Assembly (NCBI GenBank): GCA_965223505.1
Contig: CBDCWP010000044.1
Location: forward strand, 249,292 to 313,291
Origin: Planctomycetota bacterium
Lineage (GTDB): Bacteria; Planctomycetota; PLA2; JAEUHO01
Length of the DNA: 64,000 nt
Direction: 5' to 3'
Of this stretch, positions 18,554 through 28,333 are shown in pieces. A program made the position numbers and the translations under genes. Position 1 is the first letter of the stretch. Every line of letters begins with the position of its first letter. The notes beneath the pieces are model-generated. The model did no database searches. It was given only the letters and a program-made list of their open reading frames with translations, and was not told where the DNA came from.

Positions 18554-20796
18554 GAGGCTAGACCGACGTCGCCGAGGAGCGCGACGCCGCCTCGATCGCG
18601 GTAGACCTCGAGCGCTTCCGCGTAGGCCCGCGACGCGACGTCCACGATGGGCGCGAGACGTCCGTCCGCCCGGACCGGTTCCAGCCACGGATCGCGTCGC
18701 ATGGTGTCCGCACAGCAGAATCCCTTCGCGACGATCGCCTCGAGCATCTCGAGGCCTAGCGCTTCGTCGCCGACATGGACCGCATCGCGGGCGAGGAGAT
18801 ACCAGCCCTCGGGATCGTGGAAGCTCGACTCGAACACCCGACGCGCCGACGTCGACGTGAGCTCCCGGTCGCCTTCCAGTGCGCCGCGCGCGGCCGCGAG
18901 GTTGGCGCGCAGGACCGGATGGTCTCCAGCGCGTGCTTCGGCCTCGCGCACCGTCGCCAGCGCCTCCTCCGTGCGTCCCAGCAATGGCAACGCGGCGTGA
19001 TGGACCCAGCGCATGTCCTCGTCGTCCGCCTCGATGGCGGCCTCGTAGTCGCCCCGCATCCAGTACGTGTAGGCCACGCTGGTTCGGACGGCAGGGTCGA
19101 GTCGCCGCGCGCGGCGGTCCGCTTCGACCGAGGCGTCGAAGAGCCCACAGAACCGGCAGGCGACGACGAGGCCGGCCAGAAGATCCGGGTTCGTCGGTGC
19201 GTTGTGGGCTTGGTCGAGCAGCCGCGCCATGGCGTCCTGCGGGCGTCCGAGCTCCTCGATCTCGAAATAGGCGAAGAGGTTGTGCGCCAGCGCGAGGTCG
19301 GGCGAGAGTTCCAACGCGCGCCGGAAGGCCTCCTCGGCTCTGACGATGTCGTCGTCCTCGCCTTGTCCGTACTTCGCCATGACGCGATAGGTGCGTCCGA
19401 GCTTCGCCCACGCGGGCGCGAACCGCGGGTCTTCCTCGAGTGCCGCGAGGTAGAGATCGCGTGCCGCGGGCAGCGTGCCGGTGTTGTAGCTCAGCTGATT
19501 TGCGCGCAGGAAGTACTCGTAGGCCTTGCCGGTCGCCGGTACGTCGATGCGTCCCTCGGCCGACGTCGTGCGCCGTGCGAGTTGCAGGGCGAGCGAGCTC
19601 GAGATTTCCGACGTGAGCTGGTCCTGCAACGCGAACACGTCTTCGAGTCCGCCCTGTCGCGTGTCCGACCAGAGGACGTCGCCCTCGGGCACCTCGACGA
19701 CCCGGGCCGTCACGCGGACCTGTTCGCCCGCGCGCAAGATGGTTCCCGTCAAGACGAGCTGTACGCCGGTCTCCCGGGCGACCTCGACGGGGTCGATCTC
19801 GCCGGCCCAGCGTTCGCCTCCCGCCTTCACGACCAGCCCGTCTCGATTCGAGAGCGACGAGACCAGGGCGTCGGCGAGCCCGAGCGGGAGGAAGTCGATC
19901 TCCGCGTCGGGCCGAAGGAGGCGGAACGGGACGACGAGCAGCCTGCGCACGCGTTGGGACGATGCCTGGTCGCCCTCGTGGACCAACGGAAGCGCCGCTT
20001 GGAGCTCGGCCGACATCGCGCCCGCGGACGTAGGACGGTCGTACGGGTCCTTGGCGAGCGCGCACTGCACGACCCGATCGACGACCTCGACGCCGGGCCC
20101 TCCCGTGAGGGACGGGGACGGCTGACGCGCGATCGCGTCGTAGACGTCGAGCGCGTTCTTGCCCGGGAACGCCGGGTCGCCGCTGACCATCTCGAAGAGG
20201 ATCGCGCCGACGGAGAACAGATCGGCCGCCGGCGTCACGTCGGATTCGATCCACTGTTCGGGCGCCATGAACGCCGGTGTCCCTACGATCGTCCCGGTCT
20301 GCGTGAGGCGGTCGTCGGCGTCCTTGAAGGCGCTCTCGATCGGCAAGGCGACGCCGAAGTCGAGCAGCTTGATGCCGCGCGGCGTGAGAAACACGTTCGA
20401 CGGCTTCAGGTCGCGATGGACGAAGCCGCGTGCATGCAGCGCGGCCAGGGCATCGAGGATTTCGATGGCGATCCGAATCGCCTCCGCGACGGGGACGGCG
20501 CCGCGGTCCATGCGGTCGGAGAGAGGCTCGCCGTCGAGGCGCTCCATGGCAAGGAACAGTTGCCCGTCGTGTTCTCCGATTTCGAACACCTGGCAGATGC
20601 CCGGGTGGTTGACGGCCGCGGCCGCTCGCGCCTCGCGCCGCAGGCGCGCTCGCATCGTGTCGTCGGCGAGCTGCTTGTGGAGCGTCTTGATGGCGACGTC
20701 GCGCCCGAGGTCCTCGTCGCGGGCAGCGAACACGGACCCCATGCCGCCTTCGCCGATCTTCGCGACGATCGTGTACCGTCCGATCGACTCCTGCAC
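18550..20796 (-). CDS. Hanks-type Ser/Thr protein kinase with TolB_N-like and TPR domains
   Basis: IGEGGMGSV, VAIK, HRDLKPSN, LLDFG, GTPAFMAPE, followed by helical TPR repeats. Confidence 0.92.
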   Translation of the reverse strand: MQESIGRYTIVAKIGEGGMGSVFAARDEDLGRDVAIKTLHKQLADDTMRARLRREARAAAAVNHPGICQVFEIGEHDGQLFLAMERLDGEPLSDRMDRGAVPVAEAIRIAIEILDALAALHARGFVHRDLKPSNVFLTPRGIKLLDFGVALPIESAFKDADDRLTQTGTIVGTPAFMAPEQWIESDVTPAADLFSVGAILFEMVSGDPAFPGKNALDVYDAIARQPSPSLTGGPGVEVVDRVVQCALAKDPYDRPTSAGAMSAELQAALPLVHEGDQASSQRVRRLLVVPFRLLRPDAEIDFLPLGLADALVSSLSNRDGLVVKAGGERWAGEIDPVEVARETGVQLVLTGTILRAGEQVRVTARVVEVPEGDVLWSDTRQGGLEDVFALQDQLTSEISSSLALQLARRTTSAEGRIDVPATGKAYEYFLRANQLSYNTGTLPAARDLYLAALEEDPRFAPAWAKLGRTYRVMAKYGQGEDDDIVRAEEAFRRALELSPDLALAHNLFAYFEIEELGRPQDAMARLLDQAHNAPTNPDLLAGLVVACRFCGLFDASVEADRRARRLDPAVRTSVAYTYWMRGDYEAAIEADDEDMRWVHHAALPLLGRTEEALATVREAEARAGDHPVLRANLAAARGALEGDRELTSTSARRVFESSFHDPEGWYLLARDAVHVGDEALGLEMLEAIVAKGFCCADTMRRDPWLEPVRADGRLAPIVDVASRAYAEALEVYRDRGGVALLGDVGLAS

Positions 20797-20949
20797 GCGC
20801 GCGCGTCCTCCCGTGTCCGCCGACGATTCGGATCGGTAGGATACGGGATGTCCGGTACCGGTTCTTTCGCGGGCCCGGGGTGCCCGGCGTCAGGACCGCT
20901 TCTTGCCCTCTCGGCTTCGGATCGACGGGGCGCGGTTCGTGCGAGGCGG

Positions 20950-21507
20950 CTAGGGGATGATCAGCAGAGAGGGGTCGCCGCCGGCGCCGCCGCCGACGCC
21001 CATGTTGTAGCGGTCACCGCTCGGGCCGCCGCGGAGGCTGAAGCTCACGTATGGTTCGGCCGCGGCGACGACCTCCTTGACGACGCTGGTGACGTCCAGG
21101 GAGATCGTGTAGACGCCACCGGGGATGTTCCACAAGTCGGCCAGCAGGGTACCGGCATCCCACTCGTCGGGACTGACGTTCCCGTCGCCCGCGAAGGGGT
21201 AGACCTCGAGGGTGCCCAGGGGCAACCCTGCATCGATGTTCACGACAGGGATCTTCAGGATCGCGGTCGAGATCGAGGCCGGGAGGTCGGTCACGGCGAA
21301 GTGCATGACCGTACGGTCTTCGGTTCCGGCGTTGATGCTCAGGTGCGTGAGCGCGATCACGTTGACGCCGTTGTCGAAGCTCCTCAGCCCGGACGCATGC
21401 GCCGCTGCGACCTCGACCATCGCGGATGCTGCGCCGGTGTCTCCTCCCCGTCCGCCACCGCAGCCTGCAAGGAGAACGAGGATGAACAGAGTCGTCGTGG
21501 CGCGCAT
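20950..21507 (-). CDS. Lipoprotein, unknown function
   Basis: Lipobox LAGC; AGGAGG RBS. Confidence 0.75.
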   Translation of the reverse strand: MRATTTLFILVLLAGCGGGRGGDTGAASAMVEVAAAHASGLRSFDNGVNVIALTHLSINAGTEDRTVMHFAVTDLPASISTAILKIPVVNIDAGLPLGTLEVYPFAGDGNVSPDEWDAGTLLADLWNIPGGVYTISLDVTSVVKEVVAAAEPYVSFSLRGGPSGDRYNMGVGGGAGGDPSLLIIP

Positions 21508-21653
21508 GGCGTTCCTCCTGTGCCGGGTCGAATCGCGGCCTTTGTTCGTGGGAGTCACGACGGGCGTTCGAATTGCGGGAGAAAATCGCCCCCCACGAGA
21601 CGCCCCGTGGGGCGGTCGGCGTTCGGGACCGATGCCGGCCCTTGGCGCCCCCC

Positions 21654-21908
21654 GAGCCGAACGACGCGCGCCTCCGGGCTCGCCTGCACCAGACGATCGA
21701 GGAGTTCCTGCGCCTGCCGTGGCAGGGCGGCGCCCTGAGGGGGCTCTGCGCAGGAGGAAACGTCGTTCGTCGAGGCGGCAGTACGATGACGCCGAACGAC
21801 ATCGACAACGGCCGGGTGATCGTCGTGATCGGCGTCGCGCCGGTCAAGCCGGCTGAGTTCGTCGTCTTCCGCATCGGCAAGCTCGCCGCGGCGGCGGGTG
21901 ACGCGTAG
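21654..21908 (+). pseudogene. C-terminal remnant of a contractile tail sheath protein (eCIS/Afp-type)
   Basis: EPNDARLRARLHQTIEEFL..WQGGALRG..TMTPNDIDNGRVIVVIGVAPVKPAEFVVFRI matches the sheath C-terminus; the N-terminal bulk is absent. Confidence 0.8.
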
Positions 21909-21913
21909 GACGC

Positions 21914-22342
21914 ATGCCCAGATCCGACCCGCTGCGAAACTTCCGATTCCGTCTCGAGATCGACGGCATCCCGCGAGCCGGATTCAGCGAAGTCACCGGC
22001 TTCGACGCGACGCTCGAACCCAGCGAGTGCCGCGACGGGAACGAAGAGACGAACCTTCGCAAGGTCCCGGGGCCCACGAAGTACGGCAACCTGATGCTGA
22101 AGCGGGGCGTCACGAACACGTTGGATCTACGGAAGTGGTATGAGGACGCCGCTGGCGGGGACGTGCGCCGCAAGAACCTCGTCATCGTGGTGCTCGACGA
22201 GGCCGGCGCCGACGTCGCTCGCTTCGAGGTGATCGAAGCGTGGCCGTGCAAGTACGCGCCCATGGATCTGAGTGCGAAGGGCAACGACGTCTCGATCGAG
22301 ACACTTGAGATTTGCCACGAGGGTGTGAGGCGCGTCGCGTAG
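21914..22342 (+). CDS. Phage tail tube protein (T4 gp19-like, Afp1/5 type)
   Basis: DPLRNFRFRLEIDG..AGFSEVTG..RKVPGPTKYGNLMLKRGVT..AWPCKY..VSIETLEI. Confidence 0.92.
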   Translation: MPRSDPLRNFRFRLEIDGIPRAGFSEVTGFDATLEPSECRDGNEETNLRKVPGPTKYGNLMLKRGVTNTLDLRKWYEDAAGGDVRRKNLVIVVLDEAGADVARFEVIEAWPCKYAPMDLSAKGNDVSIETLEICHEGVRRVA

Positions 22343-22378
22343 TGCGCCGGGGCGTTCGGTTTCGCGGACGGGCGACGA

Positions 22379-22966
22379 CTATCCTCCCCAGTCGGTTCGC
22401 TCGCCCTTCTCGAGGTAGCGTCGAAGCGCCTTCATGAGCTTGACGTTGCTCTGCGAGAAGAACCGGAGCAGCTTGTCGAGCTCTTGCGCGTCGCCGTAGC
22501 CGATCCCGTACGACACGATGCGCGTCTCGTTCTCGGAGAGCTCCTCGAACAGGACGACGTTCGAGAGCTTGTCCCAGTCCTTCTTCAGGATCTCGGGCCA
22601 GTTGGGGCTGACATCGGCCCGCATGGTGAGTACGCGCTCGGGCACGTAGTTGATGATGCGCAGCGTATTCGTAGCGGGGTCGCCGATCTTCGCGCCCTTG
22701 CCGTAGTGCGTGCGGATGGTGCCTCCGACGCGCAGATCGACCTCGGCCACCGGCGCGGCCCACGCCGTGAAGCCCTCGGCGGTGGTGTAGGCCTTCCACG
22801 CCTTCGCGACGGGCGCGCGGACCACGACGTCCTGAACGAGGATGCGTTCCCCGGCGGCGGTCTTGATGACCCGGCTGCCGACGGCGCTGCGTTCCTTTTC
22901 GCCGAGCGCCGGGACGGCGAGTGCGGAAGCGACGAGACAGATGGTGAGCAGAGTGGCGGTTCGCAT
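22379..22966 (-). CDS. Secreted SRPBCC/AHSA1-like protein
   Basis: Signal peptide; VVVRAPVAKAWKAYTT..EVDLRVGG. Confidence 0.8.
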   Translation of the reverse strand: MRTATLLTICLVASALAVPALGEKERSAVGSRVIKTAAGERILVQDVVVRAPVAKAWKAYTTAEGFTAWAAPVAEVDLRVGGTIRTHYGKGAKIGDPATNTLRIINYVPERVLTMRADVSPNWPEILKKDWDKLSNVVLFEELSENETRIVSYGIGYGDAQELDKLLRFFSQSNVKLMKALRRYLEKGERTDWGG

Positions 22967-23026
22967 GGCGGACTCCTTGGGTGCCCAAAACCCTAGGGCC
23001 TGCGCTCGAGCCGTCTTGAAGGTTTC

Positions 23027-23860
23027 TTACTCGACGTCGTCGTCGGGGAAGAAGTTCACGCGATCGTGTTCCTGGGCTGCGAACTCGCTGGGCCGATAGC
23101 CGGAGAACGCTCGAAACTCGCGGATGAAGTGGGCCTGGTCCGCGTAGCCGAGCTCCAGGCTCAGACCGGCCCAGTCCACGGACGACTGCGATTGGAGCCG
23201 CTCGAACACCTGATAGAAGCGCAGGATGCGTTGCATGCGTTTCGGCGTGGGCCCGACGTGCCGGCGGAAGAGCTCGAGGAATCGGCGGTACGACACCGAT
23301 CCCTCCTCGGCGACGAGGTCGGTGAATCGCACCGTGCCGGGTGTCGCGAGGAGGTGCTTCATCACGAAGCGGATCACCGGCGGCGCTTCGCGGGATGGGT
23401 CGTGGCGGTCGCAAAGCCACGTGTGCAGCGCAGCCAGGCCGGCCATGGCTTCGTTTGCGAGGAGCGAGTCGCGCAGCGTGGCGATCTCGGGGCCGAACAC
23501 CTCGCTTGCGGGTACGACCCGGTCGCAGTAGCGGTCGAGGTCGTCCGGCAGGAGGCAGCGCGCGCGGCCGGGCGCAAACTGCGCGGCGACGAGCTTCGAG
23601 GCGGGGCGCGTTTCACCGATCGTGATGTAGTTGCCGTGCACGCCGGACAGCCATGCGCCTTTGCAGGGTTGTCGGGGTTCACCGGTCTCGTTGTCGAAGA
23701 CGTATCGAGTTCGTCCGTCGAGCTCGATCACCAGATGAATGCGACCGTCGGGGACGAGTCGTTCGAGCCGGTGTTCCGGTTCGTAGCCGGAGACCGAGAA
23801 CATGTTCTCGACGACGCCGACGAGCGGCGGCTCTGACGGGACGTACGGCACGTACTCCAT
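23027..23860 (-). CDS. AraC-family transcriptional regulator (DUF6597 + HTH_18)
   Basis: RLVPDGRIHLVI; FRRHVGPTPK..LELGYADQAHFIREFRAFSGYRP. Confidence 0.9.
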   Translation of the reverse strand: MEYVPYVPSEPPLVGVVENMFSVSGYEPEHRLERLVPDGRIHLVIELDGRTRYVFDNETGEPRQPCKGAWLSGVHGNYITIGETRPASKLVAAQFAPGRARCLLPDDLDRYCDRVVPASEVFGPEIATLRDSLLANEAMAGLAALHTWLCDRHDPSREAPPVIRFVMKHLLATPGTVRFTDLVAEEGSVSYRRFLELFRRHVGPTPKRMQRILRFYQVFERLQSQSSVDWAGLSLELGYADQAHFIREFRAFSGYRPSEFAAQEHDRVNFFPDDDVE

Positions 23861-23953
23861 CCGTAAAACGTACGGAGGGTGGGGCGGCGGTGCCATGCCT
23901 CCTGCCGATCGTCATCGCGGATTCCGGATCGCGCGGTGGGGGCGCGAGAGAAG

Positions 23954-24000
23954 TGGTGGGCGTTACTGGACTCGAACCAGTGACCCCCAGCTTGTCGAGC
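23954..24000 (-). tRNA. 3' fragment of tRNA-Val(GAC); probable att site, not a complete tRNA
   Basis: Reverse complement GCTC-GAC-AA-GCTGG-GGGTC-ACTGG-TTCGAGT-CCAGT-AACGCCC-A-CCA; no D-arm or 5' acceptor strand upstream. Confidence 0.85.
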
Positions 24001-24034
24001 GAACGAGCAGCTTGGCGGGGAACCGCTCCGACCT

Positions 24035-24920
24035 CTAGCGAACGCCCTCGAAGACGACCGCAGTCCCGTTCGTGGTGCCTCGTTGCGGAGCACCGACGAC
24101 GACCGTCGTTTCGGCGGCACCGGCGGCGTAGCCGAAGCGATCGCCGGAGAGGGGGTTGGGGGCGGACAACACTGCGCCCTCGCGCTGCGTCCACCCTGCA
24201 GGGGTCGCATCAAAGAGATACGCCGCCCCCTCTCCACCCGCGCCTGGAGCCCCAAGGAGAATGACCCCAGCAAGGGCCGCCACCGACCCGCCGAGTTGGT
24301 CTCCGGCCTCGCCGCCCACGACAGTGAGTGCAGGCAAGGACGACCAAGAGCCGGTGGATCGCTCGAAGACGTAGCCTGCCCCAGCGTTCGCAACGCCACC
24401 CACATCGTGAAGAGGTGCGCCGACTGCCAGCAAGTCTCCGCGCAACGACACGTTCGTGCCGAAGCGGTCACCCGTAGCAGCGTCGCTTGCTTGGACTCGC
24501 TGCTCAAGTGACCAAGTGGATCCAGTGCGAACGTAGATGTACGCTGCGCCGGCGCCTGACTTCCCGCCGTGCGACTCGAGTCGGCCCCGACTGCCGCCGT
24601 GTCTCCGTCGATGGCGGCCGCGAACCCGAACTCGCCCCAGATACTCGAGAGCAACTTCGCTTCCGGAACTGTGTTCCACCCCGCCGCGCCTCGGCGGAAG
24701 ACGTAGGCCGCACCCTCGACGTGGGCCCCTACCACGATAGTGTCAGCGTCGATGGCGACTACGCGGCCAAACTGTGCTCCGCCCCCGCCGTTCGGGAGCA
24801 GTTTCGTGTCGAACTGCCAGTCCGTTCCGCTCCACTCGTACACGTATGCAGAACCTGCCTGGGATGCCCAGTCATCGTCGAGGACCGCCCCGATAACGAG
24901 GGTGTCGGCGACATCCTTGC
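24035..24920 (-). pseudogene. FG-GAP/integrin-like beta-propeller repeat protein, frameshifted and 5'-truncated
   Basis: GSAYVY, FGRVVAIDADTIVVGA, GDRFGTNVSLRGDLLAVGAP, GAGYVF; frame change near 24,590. Confidence 0.8.
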
Positions 24921-25029
24921 GGACAAGACGCGCGGGACCAGGCCTCGCGAGCCCATGCCCCGCCAAGCGAAAGCGAGGTTCTGGCGCGGGATGCCGCCAC
25001 CGAGAGAGCCCCCAGAGCCAGCCGGCCAA

Positions 25030-25330
25030 GTTGACGGCGCTGGAATACCGATTCTCCCTCCGAGAACGAGAGCTGGTTCCCAGACGGAGCGGCCAGAGCG
25101 ACGCGTAGGCCTCGGCAGGTGCTCAACGGGGTGTTCTGGATTCTCCGCACGGGAGCGCCGTGGCTTGACCTGCCGGAGTGCTACGGACCGTGGACGACGG
25201 TGTACTTCCGCTTTCGCGAGTGGGAGCGAGACGGCGTCATCGATCGGATGGTGGCCCGGTTGCAGTCGCGCCGGGCTCGGGGCGCGAACATCGACGGAGC
25301 ACTCCTCGAGCGTCTACGCGTCCAGGGTGG
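25030..25330 (+). pseudogene. IS5-family transposase N-terminal fragment (DUF4096)
   Basis: VLNGVFWILRTGAPWLDLPECYGPWTTVYFRFREWERDG. Confidence 0.85.
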
Positions 25331-25403
25331 CGACGGGTCGGTCCGATCACCTGCTGCCCCGCTTCCAGAGCGAGCCGAGGCACCAACGGAGATCGGCATC
25401 TTC

Positions 25404-25820
25404 CTAGATCGCCGGAAGTTGCGCGATGGGGGTCGTCATGATGCCGCGGTCCTCGGGATCGCGGAGGTCCACGACCGCCTTGAGCGGCACGCCCAACGGG
25501 TCGGGAGGCGGGGTCGTCATGATGCCGCGGAACACCGCAATCCATCGCCGCGGGTTCATGTCGATCGGGACGACCTTCGAGGTATCGCCCATGTGGGCGC
25601 GGCCCTCGTTTGCGGCGGCCTCCGTGGCGAAGATCTTGTTGTGGTTGTGGCACTTGGCAGCGTTGGAAACCCGGCGTCCCTTGCCCGAGAGCAGGAAGGC
25701 CTTCGTGGCGTCGACGCCCTGCGGAGGGCCGCTGCCGCCGCCGCAGCCGACCAGGCCAACGGCCATGGACGCTCCGGTGGCCACGATGAAGCCCCGGCGA
25801 GTCAGGCGAACGTTGCTCAT
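25404..25820 (-). CDS. Small Tat-exported lipoprotein
   Basis: LTRRGFI twin-arginine motif, lipobox LVGC, CHNHNK and RAH motifs. Confidence 0.7.
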   Translation of the reverse strand: MSNVRLTRRGFIVATGASMAVGLVGCGGGSGPPQGVDATKAFLLSGKGRRVSNAAKCHNHNKIFATEAAANEGRAHMGDTSKVVPIDMNPRRWIAVFRGIMTTPPPDPLGVPLKAVVDLRDPEDRGIMTTPIAQLPAI

Positions 25821-26465
25821 GCGACCGTCACTCCCGGGAAAAAGGGGGTGGAGGGCGTCTCCCGACCGCCCCGCCAGCTCCGCCTTGTGAGCGGGTCCGA
25901 CTTTGCTCTGGGACTTACTTGCGGGGGGGACCGTTCACGGGACGTCTCATCGTCCGCCTTACACGCTCCTTAGCCGAGGCTGTTGCGCTTTTCTTATCCG
26001 ACCCCTGATATTACCTCCACAGGCTTACCACACCTTGGATCTACGAAAGCCGACGGCCCCTGTCAAGCCGGTAAGTCGCGCGGTACGGAGTCCGGACCGA
26101 TTCCGGACGTTTATTGCGGGAGTGCCTGAGGCAATACTCAAGGCTGATCTTCCCTGAGGATTGGTGAGGATTCCGACCGAGCAGAGGGCGATGCTTGCTC
26201 GCGGCCAACCAACCGACATTCGTGTCTTTCCAAGCCGGAACTTGGTCCCCCGAAACGAACATGCGGAGATCGTGCGGCCCACGCGCTGCTTGCTCCCAGG
26301 TCGCCTCATCAATCAGATCGGTCCGCACGCCAAGGTTGTCCATCTTTGATGCCGTTCGTACGACCTTGTCTCCCTCGACGAATAGGTGACCTGCGAAGGG
26401 CAGGAAACCGGTGTTGATAAGGCTCTCTCCTTTGGCTGGCCTATGTGCCAGGGAAAGGAAGAGAG

Positions 26466-27827
26466 ATGAACGACGATACGAAGGCGCCCGAGAGGTTGGA
26501 CGGCCCGCTTCCGAAGGGAGGCGGAGGCGACGAAGTCGCCGGAGCCGAGCGGAGGAAGCGGGCCGTGAGCGGCTACGTGCCCCGCGGCACACGCAGCCGT
26601 CGTGCGCGAACGGTGCGAAGCGACGCATCGCGTAGCGCGGAGTTCACGGGCGAGCAGCGCCTGTTGGCGCTTGACTGTTGGTTTCGCAGCGAGCTTGCGG
26701 CCACGGAGTTCGCGCCGCTGATCGGCGTGAGCACGGCGTCGCTGTACGCGTGGCGTCGCAAGTTCGAGGAGGAGGGCCCCGCCGGTTTGCTCGGGCACAA
26801 GCGCGGCATGAAGGGCAGCGGGCTGCCCGAGCCGGCGCGCCGTGCGATCCTGATGATGAAGGACGCGCATCCGGACTGGGGCCAGGATCGGATCCACGAC
26901 ATGCTGATCCGAACGGAGGGTATCTCGGTTTCAGGCGGCGCGGTTCAGCGCGTGCTGAAGGAAGCGGGCTACGAGGTGGAGGCGGTTGCGCCGGCGCGCA
27001 ACCCGCCCAAGGTGAAGCGATTCGAGCGCAAGCGACCGAACGAGCTTTGGCAAACGGATCTATTCACGTTTCTCCTGAAGCGCGAGCGTCGGCGCGTGCA
27101 CCTGGTTTGCTACCTGGACGACTTCTCGCGTTTCATCGTGGGCTTCGGGCTTCACGCATCGGCGTCGGGTGCGATGGTTCGGGAGACGTTCGAGCAGGCG
27201 ATCGCGAACTTCGGCGCGCCCGAGGAGATTTTGACCGACAACGGCGCGCAGTATCAGACCTGGCGCGGGAAGAGCTCGTTTCGCAAGCTTTGCGAGAAGC
27301 GCGGCATCAAGCAGATCGTGGCCAGGCCGAGGCGGCCGCAGACGCTTGGCAAGATCGAGCGTTTCTGGGGCACGCTGTTTCGCGAGCTGATCGACGGAGC
27401 GATCTTCCGCGGCATGGAGGACGCCAAGACGCGCATTGCCCACTTCATCGGCTTCTACAACTTCCAGCGCACCCACCAGGGCATTGGCGGCCTGGTTCCA
27501 GCGGACCGATTCTTCGAAGCCTCGCAGAGCGTGCGCAGCGCCCTGCAGGAGGCGGTTGCAACGAACGCCAAGGAGTTGGCGCTTCACGGTGAGCCGCGCA
27601 AGCCCTTGTACCTGGCGGGTCGAATCGGCGACGAGCCGGTGTCGCTTCACGCCGAGGGCGACAAGGTGCTGTTGACGGACAAGGACGGCGTTCGCGAAGA
27701 GGTCGACTTGCGGGCATCGGGCAAGCGCAAGGATGCGGCCAAGGAGGGGCCGGGCGAGAGCGTGCTCGACGACGTGCTCGAGGAGCTCAAGGCCCTTGAC
27801 GAGGCGCCCACGAAGGAGCAGGAGTAA
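26466..27827 (+). CDS. IS481-like DDE transposase (HTH + rve integrase core), ORF1
   Basis: HPDWGQDRI; RFERKRPNELWQTD, ILTDNGAQY, PQTLGKIERFW, YNFQRTHQGIGG; RBS before ATG 26,466. Confidence 0.92.
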   Translation: MNDDTKAPERLDGPLPKGGGGDEVAGAERRKRAVSGYVPRGTRSRRARTVRSDASRSAEFTGEQRLLALDCWFRSELAATEFAPLIGVSTASLYAWRRKFEEEGPAGLLGHKRGMKGSGLPEPARRAILMMKDAHPDWGQDRIHDMLIRTEGISVSGGAVQRVLKEAGYEVEAVAPARNPPKVKRFERKRPNELWQTDLFTFLLKRERRRVHLVCYLDDFSRFIVGFGLHASASGAMVRETFEQAIANFGAPEEILTDNGAQYQTWRGKSSFRKLCEKRGIKQIVARPRRPQTLGKIERFWGTLFRELIDGAIFRGMEDAKTRIAHFIGFYNFQRTHQGIGGLVPADRFFEASQSVRSALQEAVATNAKELALHGEPRKPLYLAGRIGDEPVSLHAEGDKVLLTDKDGVREEVDLRASGKRKDAAKEGPGESVLDDVLEELKALDEAPTKEQE

Positions 27828-28333
27828 TGCCTACGAAGAAGAAGAACGTGACGACGATCACGGCGAGCAAGACGTCGCGCAAGCACGTGGCAGTGATATT
27901 GGAAGCGCTCTCAGGCGAGATCGGCACGAGCGAGGCGGCTGAGCAGATGGGCGTGTCGCTCTCGCGCTACTACCAGCTCGAAGGCCGTGCTTTGAAGGGC
28001 ATGCTGCGGGCGATGGAGCCGAAGAAGCGCGGCATCCAGAAGACGCCGCAGCGCGAGATATTGGCGCTGAAGGCCGAGAAACAGCACCTGGAGAAGGAGC
28101 TTCGGCGGCACCAGTCCCTGCTTCGTGCGGCCAATCGAAGCCTGGGGCTGGCGCGCGGCGGGCGCAAGCAGGCATCCTCGAAGAAGGGCCGCAGCGCCAA
28201 GCGCGGCCACCGCGGCAAGACGGTGCTGAAGACGCTGCGCACGGGCCTTGAAGAGAAAGGAAACGGCGATGGGACGGCGAAGCGAGATGCCGACGCTGGT
28301 GGCGCGCACGTCGGCGAGCGAGACGGCGCGTGA
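27827..28333 (+). CDS. Small HTH + coiled-coil protein, ORF2
   Basis: ILEALSGEIGTSEAAEQMGVSLSRYYQLE; TAATG coupling with ORF1. Confidence 0.85.
   Translation: MPTKKKNVTTITASKTSRKHVAVILEALSGEIGTSEAAEQMGVSLSRYYQLEGRALKGMLRAMEPKKRGIQKTPQREILALKAEKQHLEKELRRHQSLLRAANRSLGLARGGRKQASSKKGRSAKRGHRGKTVLKTLRTGLEEKGNGDGTAKRDADAGGAHVGERDGA

Noticed and set aside
2235..21738. Long antisense ORFs (e.g. 2,235-5,033, 18,775-21,738, 14,025-15,935)
   Set aside because: Shadow frames of real high-GC genes; Arg/Ala-rich with no recognisable motifs
26051..26096. Plus-strand resemblance to the tRNA-Asp 3' half (CCTGTCAAGCCGG..GTCGCG)
   Set aside because: Only ~13 nt match exactly and there is no intact T-arm or CCA; a minus-strand TTGACA-N17-TAGATC promoter-like element explains it equally well
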